IMG/VR virus record: IMGVR_UViG_3300025072_000056 | Source of the DNA: a virus | DNA length: 22,874 nt | Strand: one strand, 5' to 3' | Shown: in pieces, positions 15,701 to 22,874 of the stretch | Layout: each line of letters opens with the position of its first letter | How positions within the stretch are numbered: the stretch's first letter is position 1 | Position numbers and translations under genes: made by a program | The notes under the pieces: generated by a model | Database searches by the model: none | Told to the model about the DNA's origin: nothing | The model's input: only the letters and a program-made list of their open reading frames with translations

Positions 15701-16762
15701 ATGTTAATAGCGTTGATAAGTGATACTCACTTTCAAGGAAAAAATGACAACCTACAATATGCTGAATTCCAAAAGAAATTTTATGACGAATATTTTTTCC
15801 CCACTTTAGATAGGGAGAATGTTAAGACCATCATTCATATGGGTGATGTGTTTGATAGACGTAAGTATTCCAATTTCAATACACTGAAGTTGGCAAAGGA
15901 AATGTTTTTTGAGCCAGTCAAGGTTCAAGGCATAGATTTACATATTATTTTGGGCAACCATGATTGTTATTTTAAGAGTACCAATGAAGTAAATTCGGTT
16001 GAGTTGACTTGTTCTGAATATGTTTTTAATTTATATAAGAACACACCTCAGGTAGTAGACTTTGATGGTTTAAATATTTGTTTTATTCCATGGTTAGCAT
16101 CAGATAATAAGGCGAAGTCAATAAGAATTATCTCTAAAGCAAAGGCAGATATAGCAATGGGACATTTGGCTATTGTTGGAGCTGAAATGTTAGATGGTGT
16201 TGTTAATGATTCAGGTTTAGAGAAGGATGATTTTAAGAGATTTGAGCGTGTATTCTCCGGGCATTTCCATTTACAGAGTGATGACGGGCATATCAGATAT
16301 GTTGGTGCTCCGTATGAAATAACATGGGCAGATTGGCAAACTAAAAAAGGTTTTCATATTTTTGATACAGACACAAGAGAGTTTAAGTTTTACGAGAACC
16401 CATATAAATTATTCCAGAAAATTTATTATGATGATACAAAAGAGAATGTATTGGAGAAGGACTTATCTCCTTATGAAGGCTCTTATGTAAAGATTGTAGT
16501 AATCAATAAGTCAGATTTTTATACCTTTGATAGATTTGTAGACAGGTGTTATGCTGAAGGTAATTTTTATGAGCTAAAGATTGTTGAGGATTTCAGTGAC
16601 CTTGATCCAGATACTATAGCAGATACCAGTTTGGAAGAAATAGAAGATACATTATCATTATTGGAGCGTTATGTGGATGAGATTGATAGTAAGGCATTGA
16701 ATAAGAAAAAACTCCATAGACTGTTGAAGTCGTTGTATGTAGAGGCTAATGAAGTTGAATGA
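15701..16762 (+). CDS. gp47: Recombination endonuclease subunit (gp47, Mre11/SbcD-like)
   Basis: Metallophosphoesterase motifs SDTHF, HMGDVFD, GNHD and SGHFH. Confidence 0.95.
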   Translation: MLIALISDTHFQGKNDNLQYAEFQKKFYDEYFFPTLDRENVKTIIHMGDVFDRRKYSNFNTLKLAKEMFFEPVKVQGIDLHIILGNHDCYFKSTNEVNSVELTCSEYVFNLYKNTPQVVDFDGLNICFIPWLASDNKAKSIRIISKAKADIAMGHLAIVGAEMLDGVVNDSGLEKDDFKRFERVFSGHFHLQSDDGHIRYVGAPYEITWADWQTKKGFHIFDTDTREFKFYENPYKLFQKIYYDDTKENVLEKDLSPYEGSYVKIVVINKSDFYTFDRFVDRCYAEGNFYELKIVEDFSDLDPDTIADTSLEEIEDTLSLLERYVDEIDSKALNKKKLHRLLKSLYVEANEVE

Positions 16763-18474
16763 TTAAGTTTAAGTCAGTAAAGTTTAAAAATTTCTTGAGT
16801 ACAGGGAATACACCCATAGAGATAGAATTGGATAAACACCATTCAACTTTAATAATAGGAGACAATGGTTCAGGCAAATCTACTATGTTAGATGCTTTGA
16901 CTTTCGGTTTATTCGGTAAGCCCTTTAGAAAGATAAACAAAGACCAATTGGTAAATAGTGTGAATGGTTCAGATTGCCGAGTTGATGTGGAGTTTAGTAT
17001 TGGCAGAAAGAAGTATCACATAGTCAGAAGCATTAAACCAAATAAGTGTGAAATCTATATGAATAATAAACTGATAGACCAGGACGCTAGTGTGCGGGAC
17101 TATCAGCGCCATTTAGAAAACAACATACTCAAATTGAATTACAGGTCGTTTACTCAGGTGGTTATTCTAGGTTCATCATCTTTTGTTCCATTTATGCAGT
17201 TGACACCATCCCATAGGCGTGAAGTGGTCGAGGACATTTTAGACATTAAGATTTTCTCTATGATGAATGTATTACTCAAGCAACGAAGAAAGGAATTGAA
17301 AATCCGGCAACAAGAAATAACTTATGAATATGAATTGTTGATTAGTAAAATTCAGTTGACCCAGGACCATATCACAAAGACAAAAGAGAAAGGCAAAACA
17401 TCTCTTATATCTTTAGAGAAAAAGTTAGAGAAGAACCAGCTAGAGTATGATAAGATTAAAAAGGAAGCAAGTGATCTAAAGGCCAAATTCAATGATTGGA
17501 ATACAAACATCAAACCGAAACAGGAAAAGTTGGATGAAGATACACAAAAAATGTCTTCCTTCAAGTGGAAGTTGCAAGACAAGGCGAGTAAGGCTAGACA
17601 AGAGATAGAATTTTTTGAGAAGAATGATGAGTGTCCAACTTGTGAGCAACACATAGATGAGGAATTCAAGAAGCAGGCCATAGAGGATAGAAATGTAAAA
17701 CTGGCAGCCAATGATATCGCTTTAGGTGAGTTAGTTGCTCAAGTATCGGAGATGGAAGACCGAAGTAAATTATATGAGGACATACGAAAAGATGCTAGAG
17801 ATTGGGAAGTAGAGGCGGCAAAGAAAACATCATCATCAAACTCTATTATCAATTTTAGTGATGAATTGGTTGAGCAGATGGACTCTATCAAAAATGTAGA
17901 TGGTGAATTGTCAGAAGATAAAACTAAACTCAAAACTTATAAGGAAGAGATGACTACGGTAGAGAAAGAGAAGAATAAGATGACAGAAGATGGTAATTAT
18001 TTTACCATAGCCAAACAACTTCTTCAGGACTCCGGCATCAAGACCAAGATTATCAAAAAGTATCTCCCCATAATGAACCAACTTATCAATGGTTATCTAA
18101 ACAAGTTGGAGTTCCAGGTGAAATTCAATTTAGATGAGCAATTCAATGAAACGATACAGAGTAGATTCCGTGATGTGTTTGGCTATGCTAACTTTAGTGA
18201 AGGTGAAAAAATGAGAATAGACTTGGCACTTCTCTTTACATGGCGACAGATAGCCAAGATGAAGAATAGCACCAACACCAATCTCCTTATCCTTGATGAA
18301 ATATTTGACAGTAGTTTAGACGCCAATGGCACAGAGGAATTCCTAAGGATACTGGACACACTGTCAAATGAGAATGTATTTTTAGTTTCACATAAAACAG
18401 ATTTATCCATTGACAAGTTTGAGCATATGATTATGTTTAGAAAAGAAGGTAATTTTACACAGGTGGTATCATAA
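16759..18474 (+). CDS. gp46: Recombination ATPase subunit (gp46, Rad50/SbcC-like)
   Basis: FKNFLSTGN, Walker A GDNGSGKS, zinc hook CPTC, signature FSEGE and LILDEIFD. Confidence 0.96.
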   Translation: MIKFKSVKFKNFLSTGNTPIEIELDKHHSTLIIGDNGSGKSTMLDALTFGLFGKPFRKINKDQLVNSVNGSDCRVDVEFSIGRKKYHIVRSIKPNKCEIYMNNKLIDQDASVRDYQRHLENNILKLNYRSFTQVVILGSSSFVPFMQLTPSHRREVVEDILDIKIFSMMNVLLKQRRKELKIRQQEITYEYELLISKIQLTQDHITKTKEKGKTSLISLEKKLEKNQLEYDKIKKEASDLKAKFNDWNTNIKPKQEKLDEDTQKMSSFKWKLQDKASKARQEIEFFEKNDECPTCEQHIDEEFKKQAIEDRNVKLAANDIALGELVAQVSEMEDRSKLYEDIRKDARDWEVEAAKKTSSSNSIINFSDELVEQMDSIKNVDGELSEDKTKLKTYKEEMTTVEKEKNKMTEDGNYFTIAKQLLQDSGIKTKIIKKYLPIMNQLINGYLNKLEFQVKFNLDEQFNETIQSRFRDVFGYANFSEGEKMRIDLALLFTWRQIAKMKNSTNTNLLILDEIFDSSLDANGTEEFLRILDTLSNENVFLVSHKTDLSIDKFEHMIMFRKEGNFTQVVS

Positions 18475-19298
18475 TGTTTCCGTATATGGGTGGCAAAAAA
18501 CAACACTCAACATGGATAAGTCCATATATACCGTCTAACATAAAGACATATGTGGAGCCATTCGGTGGTGCTATGTGGGTCTATTGGATGTCAAACAAGA
18601 CTCCTGTAGAAACTAATGTCTATAATGATTATAACAGGCACCTATGTAATGTGTTTAGTTGTGCTAGTGATGACCCAGATTTATTCAAGGGTGTATTGAT
18701 GTCCTATTATGATGACTTACACAACCCTGAGAAGTTTGAGCAGTATAGAGATGAGGTCTTTTCTTACAGGTCTATTAGGTTTGATATACCCGACTTCAAT
18801 ATGGCTGCCAAGTATATGCTTTTACAGATGCAGATATTTACAGGTGGGGATAATCTAACTGAAAAGAGTAAGATTTACATAGAAACAAAATACAAAGAGA
18901 AATACAAAATCTTCACAGAGAAGCTAGGTGATGACAAATATCTAAAAAAGCTAGCCAAACTAACCGTAAAGAATGATGATTATCGGAAAATAATAACTGA
19001 GTATGATAGTAAAGACACTTTCTTTTATGTGGATCCACCTTATTATAACATGGAACATTACTATACTGAGGATGATTTCGACCACGCAGACCATATGGAT
19101 TTGCTTCGGCAACTGCGCAGCACCAACGCGCGCTGGGCCCTTAGTTATTACCACTTTCCAGACTTGGAAATAGTGCTTCCACGCGATGAGTTTGTGTGGC
19201 ATGAGGAAAAAACCCATTCTATTAACGCTCGAGTTTCTTCTGCAGAGAGGACAGAATTATTGATAATGAATTACCCAATGTCCTTGACATTTCTTTGA
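18474..19298 (+). CDS. dam: DNA adenine methyltransferase, Dam/D12 family (alpha class)
   Basis: FPYMGGK, motif I VEPFGG and motif IV FYVDPPY. Target specificity cannot be determined from the sequence. Confidence 0.88.
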   Translation: MFPYMGGKKQHSTWISPYIPSNIKTYVEPFGGAMWVYWMSNKTPVETNVYNDYNRHLCNVFSCASDDPDLFKGVLMSYYDDLHNPEKFEQYRDEVFSYRSIRFDIPDFNMAAKYMLLQMQIFTGGDNLTEKSKIYIETKYKEKYKIFTEKLGDDKYLKKLAKLTVKNDDYRKIITEYDSKDTFFYVDPPYYNMEHYYTEDDFDHADHMDLLRQLRSTNARWALSYYHFPDLEIVLPRDEFVWHEEKTHSINARVSSAERTELLIMNYPMSLTFL

Positions 19299-19312
19299 GA
19301 ATGTTGTATAAT
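19284..19312 (+). promoter_or_regulatory. Perfect sigma70 promoter for def
   Basis: TTGACA (19284-89), 17 nt, TATAAT (19307-12). Confidence 0.85.
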
Positions 19313-19318
19313 ATAGAT

Positions 19319-19855
19319 ATGAATTTAGTTAAAGAATTAGATCCAATTTTGAGGAAAAAGGTTTCTTTGTGGAACTTTGAGGATCCATCTATGGATCCAA
19401 AAGAATTGGTGAAAGAGCTACAGGACGCACGGCGCGCAGGTCCGGGAGTTGGCCTCGCCGCTCCTCAGGTTGGTTTGGATACCAGTGTTATTGTAATCGG
19501 TATGGGCAATTTACAGACTGAAGGTGTTGAAGATTTTTCATCTGCTTATTTCAACCCCAAGATTACAGAGTTTGGTGAAGAAACTATGTATATGATTGAG
19601 GGCTGTTTGAGTTTTCCTGACCTGTTTGTAAAGGTCAAACGTCCCACAGATATTGTATTGGAGTATTATGATGTGGATGGTACTAAATATGAGGAGAGAT
19701 TTGTGGGTATGACTTCACGGATTATCCAGCATGAAGTAGACCATTTAGATGGTATTACTTTTATTCAAAGGGCTAATCGGCATCACTTGCAGACAGCCCA
19801 AAAGAATCGTAAACTACTACAACGTAGGAGAAAGAATATTGATCAAGCGGAATAA
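19319..19855 (+). CDS. def: Peptide deformylase; start reassigned to ATG 19319
   Basis: All three PDF motifs are present: GVGLAAPQVG, EGCLSF and QHEVDHLDG. Confidence 0.95.
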   Translation: MNLVKELDPILRKKVSLWNFEDPSMDPKELVKELQDARRAGPGVGLAAPQVGLDTSVIVIGMGNLQTEGVEDFSSAYFNPKITEFGEETMYMIEGCLSFPDLFVKVKRPTDIVLEYYDVDGTKYEERFVGMTSRIIQHEVDHLDGITFIQRANRHHLQTAQKNRKLLQRRRKNIDQAE

Positions 19856-20231
19856 ATTAGTAGATTATTTAGCTACTCAACTGGCCAAGTTTTTACCGAA
19901 TATAAAGATTCAGTATGAGCACGTTGCGGACCATGATTACATTACATTAGTGGCATGGGCTGAACAGTGGGAGCCAAAAGATGTTTATGAACTTGCTTAC
20001 AAACAATCGAATTTAGATTTTTTCCAGACTTGGGATGAATGGTCGGCCGATATGCGGCCTTTACCTTTAGCAGTTAAGACTGAATTGCAGAGGGCTTTGA
20101 AAATTCATCAGCGCGCTGGAAATTTAGAACCACTGAGAGCATATGCTTTTGTTCTCAAATGGCTCTCCGCTTTAGGATGGGTCATCTTGTGGAGTGTATT
20201 TGTTATTATGTCAATAGTAACATTTGCATAA
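19839..20231 (+). CDS. Hypothetical protein with a C-terminal transmembrane helix (about 130 aa; probable TTG start)
   Basis: SD AGGAG (19826-30) lies 8 nt before the TTG at 19839. The C-terminus WLSALGWVILWSVFVIMSIVTFA is hydrophobic. Confidence 0.6.
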   Translation: MIKRNKLVDYLATQLAKFLPNIKIQYEHVADHDYITLVAWAEQWEPKDVYELAYKQSNLDFFQTWDEWSADMRPLPLAVKTELQRALKIHQRAGNLEPLRAYAFVLKWLSALGWVILWSVFVIMSIVTFA

Positions 20232-20234
20232 ATA
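20227..20234 (+). promoter_or_regulatory. Late promoter variant CATAAATA for hsp20
   Basis: One mismatch to consensus, immediately before the structured leader. Confidence 0.5.
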
Positions 20235-20238
20235 GAAG

Positions 20239-20302
20239 TGAGAAATGCCTTCGGGGTTTCTCAATTTAACCTTGCTTGATATTTAAGGAGGATACTGAAA
20301 TG
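20239..20302 (+). promoter_or_regulatory. ROSE-like RNA thermometer in the hsp20 5' UTR
   Basis: The 5' hairpin has a cUUCGg tetraloop (20239-63). The 3' hairpin CCUUGCUU (20270-77) pairs with the SD AAGGAGG (20285-91), leaving a bulged G. Confidence 0.7.
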
Positions 20303-20752
20303 GTAACTACACAAGCACTCGCAAACGTATTCGATCACTTTGATCGGAATCTTTTAACCCCCTATGCTGTAGGTTTTGACCGTGTCTTTGACCGGCTACA
20401 AGACTACGCATCACACCAGGCTGCATCAACTGGTTTCCCACCCTACAACATTCGTAAGGATAGTGATACAGATTTTACTATCGAACTGGCCCTTGCCGGT
20501 TTGTCCCGTGATGACCTAGAAGTTGAGGTCGGTGATGGGGTTCTTACAGTTCGCACTAAAGCCAAGAAGGAAGAGGCTGATGATGTAGAACTTTTACATC
20601 GTGGTATTTCATTTCGTCAGTTCAGCCGTAAGTGGACTTTGGCGGATGATATCGTTGTGAAAGATGCAAAGATGGAAAATGGGATGCTCTTGATTAATCT
20701 TGAGAGAGTTATCCCAGACGAGAAAAAACCAAGACTCGTAAAAATAGGTTAA
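20300..20752 (+). CDS. hsp20: Small heat shock protein Hsp20 (IbpA-like); start reassigned to ATG 20300
   Basis: FPPYNI, IELALAG, LHRGISFRQFSRKWTL, NGMLLI and C-terminal PRLVKI (IxI/V motif). Confidence 0.95.
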   Translation: MVTTQALANVFDHFDRNLLTPYAVGFDRVFDRLQDYASHQAASTGFPPYNIRKDSDTDFTIELALAGLSRDDLEVEVGDGVLTVRTKAKKEEADDVELLHRGISFRQFSRKWTLADDIVVKDAKMENGMLLINLERVIPDEKKPRLVKIG

Positions 20753-20783
20753 CATTAAACACACACACAGAGGTACAATAAAA

Positions 20784-20870
20784 ATGAAAGAGATAATTGC
20801 TTTATTATCAGCTTGTGCTATAATAGCTTTTATTTATTTAACACCCGCCTTTTTATGGGTGATATTTTAA
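20784..20870 (+). CDS. Small hydrophobic protein (28 aa), not in the ORF track
   Basis: MKEIIALLSACAIIAFIYLTPAFLWVIF* with SD GAGG upstream; fills the gap between two genes. Confidence 0.6.
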   Translation: MKEIIALLSACAIIAFIYLTPAFLWVIF

Positions 20871-20893
20871 CACACTTACACACAGAGGAAATT

Positions 20894-21190
20894 ATGATGA
20901 GTGAAAATAAAACAACTGAAACACAATGGCAGAAATTTGCCGATGCGGCAAAATTGCCACAAGTAACCCTTAATAAGAATGGTTATGAAATTCGTACAGA
21001 ACTGCTTGGTATGGCCAAGGAATTTGTACAGAATGATTACCATGCAAAATGGGGTCAGTTTGAAACCAGTATCCATACTGAAGATAACGAATATTTGGTA
21101 ACAAAGGTAGAAATGCCTACGGTACCCGGCGTCGAACAGATTATGGATACAGCTCAGAAATTTTACGATTTTGTTAATCAAAAGAATTGA
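20894..21190 (+). CDS. Hypothetical phage protein (about 98 aa; start reassigned to ATG 20894 or 20897)
   Basis: SD GAGG at 20885-88. NKNGYEIRTELL...IMDTAQKFYDFV resembles conserved hypotheticals seen near hsp20 in T4-like phages (recognised from memory). Confidence 0.65.
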   Translation: MMSENKTTETQWQKFADAAKLPQVTLNKNGYEIRTELLGMAKEFVQNDYHAKWGQFETSIHTEDNEYLVTKVEMPTVPGVEQIMDTAQKFYDFVNQKN

Positions 21191-21198
21191 TTGAGTAT

Positions 21199-21275
21199 AT
21201 GGAGTGGGCTAGCCAATAACGGAGGGCACACCAAAATTACCCCTAGCAGTTAAGAGCTAGTCCACTCCATTTTTT
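21199..21275 (+). terminator. Long irregular hairpin followed by a T tract: terminator or small structured RNA
   Basis: ATGGAGTGGGCTAGC (21199-213) pairs with GCTAGTCCACTCCAT (21256-70): 14 Watson-Crick pairs and 1 G-U. TTTTT follows. Confidence 0.65.
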
Positions 21276-21413
21276 ATGTTTCTTTTTGATATAATCACAG
21301 GTATGGTTACAGGCCTTATTGTTGGTGGTATTATAGTTTTTCTAATGACATTTTCAGAAAGACGAAAAGAAAAAGAAAAGAAAAAACCTCGCCGTCCTGG
21401 TTGGGGTAGGTAA
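21276..21413 (+). CDS. Small membrane protein (45 aa), not in the ORF track
   Basis: MFLFDIITGMVTGLIVGGIIVFLMTFSERRKEKEKKKPRRPGWGR*: one TM helix and a very basic tail. No SD is visible. Confidence 0.5.
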   Translation: MFLFDIITGMVTGLIVGGIIVFLMTFSERRKEKEKKKPRRPGWGR

Positions 21414-21418
21414 AATGC

Positions 21419-21447
21419 TTGACATATTTTTTTAAATATGAGATAAT
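21419..21447 (+). promoter_or_regulatory. Sigma70 promoter for the nuclease-methyltransferase pair
   Basis: TTGACA (21419-24), 17 nt, GATAAT (21442-47), with an extended -10 TG. Confidence 0.7.
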
Positions 21448-21477
21448 AATATTATGAGAATTTGGAGATGAATAGAA

Positions 21478-22053
21478 ATGGATAGAAATGAATTGATGGC
21501 AGAATTTTGTGCGTGTATCGCTAGAGCGTTTGAAATATCAATCTTATTAGGTATTCCAAATCCTTTTGACAAGTCAAAATGGAGAGAGATGATTTGGGCC
21601 AATAAGTATAACCTTGATCTATTTACAGGTGCAAGTGGTGGTAAAGATAATGACGAAACTTATGGTGCTGATGCACTTTCTACAGAAGAAACTGATATAG
21701 TACCAGCCGGTGTAAAGAATGAATTGAAAACAGCTACTATGACAGATGTGCATAGAGAGAAATATGAATGTGGTATTTTGAAGAAACAATATGGTATGGT
21801 GTATAATGGCGCATATGATTATAAATCTATTAATCGATATAAAGATACTACACATTGGTTATCATTATTTAATGGAGCTGAAATGGTGGGATCAGTTATA
21901 GTACCTACAGAATATGTTATAGAACAGCTCACGAAAAATTTAGATTATGATAACAAACGTAGAGCGAATGGAGAAAATGTAACCACCAATTGTAATACTG
22001 TAAAGGTTCAGTTTGCAGATAGTGTACCTTTGATTGGTGAGTTATATGCTTAA
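21478..22053 (+). CDS. Hypothetical protein, probable PD-(D/E)xK (restriction-type) endonuclease
   Basis: YGADA...NELKT gives a D...E-x-K catalytic-like pattern. SD GGAG is upstream, and the gene overlaps the downstream methyltransferase by 8 nt. Confidence 0.55.
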   Translation: MDRNELMAEFCACIARAFEISILLGIPNPFDKSKWREMIWANKYNLDLFTGASGGKDNDETYGADALSTEETDIVPAGVKNELKTATMTDVHREKYECGILKKQYGMVYNGAYDYKSINRYKDTTHWLSLFNGAEMVGSVIVPTEYVIEQLTKNLDYDNKRRANGENVTTNCNTVKVQFADSVPLIGELYA

Positions 22054-22804
22054 TAATTTAGATTGTTTAGAGTACCTTAAAACACTAGATTCCAAATCAG
22101 TAGATTTGGTATTGGTAGACCCACCTTATTTTGGAATAGTAGATAATGAGTGGGATAACCAATGGCCTACTGAATTTGGATATCTAGGATGGTGTCAACA
22201 GTGGAGTGAAGAATGTGCTAGAGTACTCAAAGACAATCGAATGATGGTAGTATGGGGTACTCTTAAGACCGATACTTTTATAAAATATAAATTAAGCGTA
22301 CTCAATCGGATTGATTCTTTGGAGCCACAGACAGAAATTATTTGGCATTATAATTGGGGTGGTAGAACAAAAGCTAACTTTGCTAGAAAGAGTGAACTTG
22401 TTTGGTGTTATTCTAAAGGCAAGACTTTTCTTTTTAATAGTGATGATGTTCGTATTGAACGAAAAATGAAAAAGAATATGCGTACTGGTGAAGATTATGA
22501 GAAAGGAACTATACCTACAAACGTATGGGAATTTCAAAATCATACTACATCAAAAGAGCATTGTGGTTGGCACCCTACTACAAAAAATCTAGATGTTTTA
22601 GAAAGAATAATTAAAGCCTATAGTAATACAGGTGATATAGTATTAGATTGTTTTAGTGGTTCTGGTTCAACAATGATAGCGGCAGCCAAAGCTGGTAGAA
22701 AATTTACTGGCTGTGAAATTGATAAAGATTATTTTGAAAAATCAAAAGAGAGATTTGAAAATTTAGTTCCTATGGCAGACCGATTTTCTCTTGACAATGA
22801 ATGA
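22046..22804 (+). CDS. Beta-class N4-C/N6-A DNA methyltransferase; start reassigned to ATG 22046
   Basis: DCLEYLK, motif IV LVDPPY precedes motif I VLDCFSGSGST; HPTTK and GCEID are also present. Confidence 0.92.
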   Translation: MLNNLDCLEYLKTLDSKSVDLVLVDPPYFGIVDNEWDNQWPTEFGYLGWCQQWSEECARVLKDNRMMVVWGTLKTDTFIKYKLSVLNRIDSLEPQTEIIWHYNWGGRTKANFARKSELVWCYSKGKTFLFNSDDVRIERKMKKNMRTGEDYEKGTIPTNVWEFQNHTTSKEHCGWHPTTKNLDVLERIIKAYSNTGDIVLDCFSGSGSTMIAAAKAGRKFTGCEIDKDYFEKSKERFENLVPMADRFSLDNE

Positions 22805-22819
22805 AAAATGGTGTATAAT
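22791..22819 (+). promoter_or_regulatory. Perfect sigma70 promoter
   Basis: TTGACA (22791-96), 17 nt, TATAAT (22814-19). Confidence 0.85.
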
Positions 22820-22826
22820 TAATATT

Positions 22827-22874
22827 ATGAGCATAGATTATAAATTTAAAGAAAGTGAAGTTTTGAAAGAATTG
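22827..22874 (+). CDS. N-terminus of the next gene (partial), MSIDYKFKESEVLKEL
   Basis: ATG 7 nt after the -10 box, open to the window end. It resembles the start of a conserved T4-like hypothetical, but only 16 codons are visible. Confidence 0.55.
   Translation, partial: MSIDYKFKESEVLKEL

Noticed and set aside
19749-19838. Long N-terminal overlap of the 160-aa ORF with def
   Set aside because: A better SD-backed TTG start exists at 19839; the extra 30 codons are an off-frame shadow of def.
21214-21255. Resemblance of UAAC...GGAGGG to twister ribozyme elements
   Set aside because: The order and the remaining conserved twister core are not present; it is kept only as an unclassified hairpin.
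1-22874. tRNA genes, CRISPR arrays, introns or inteins
   Set aside because: No cloverleaf with a T-loop, no regularly spaced repeats, and the core proteins (gp17, UvsW, gp46, gp47) are of ordinary length with uninterrupted frames.

Overview
Segment of a T4-like (Tevenvirinae-type, probably marine or environmental) myophage genome. It carries the core packaging, tail and head module (gp16 C-terminus, gp17, gp18, gp19, gp20, gp67-like, gp21, gp22, gp23, gp3), then uvsY, uvsW, gp55, gp47 and gp46. Accessory genes are interspersed: a degenerate HNH-like gene on the minus strand, a DUF2786-like zinc protein, a SpeD-family pyruvoyl decarboxylase, a nucleoside deoxyribosyltransferase-like enzyme, two DNA methyltransferases, a probable PD-(D/E)xK nuclease, peptide deformylase, Hsp20 and small membrane proteins. 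Much of the interesting signal is non-coding: a ROSE-like RNA thermometer ahead of hsp20, a structured ~125-nt RNA between a late promoter and uvsY, a consensus antisense sigma70 promoter, divergent late promoters in a perfect inverted repeat, repeated leaderless promoter-to-start geometry, and a long irregular hairpin near 21.2 kb. Protein calls rest on recognised motifs and gene order only; no database search or folding program was run.
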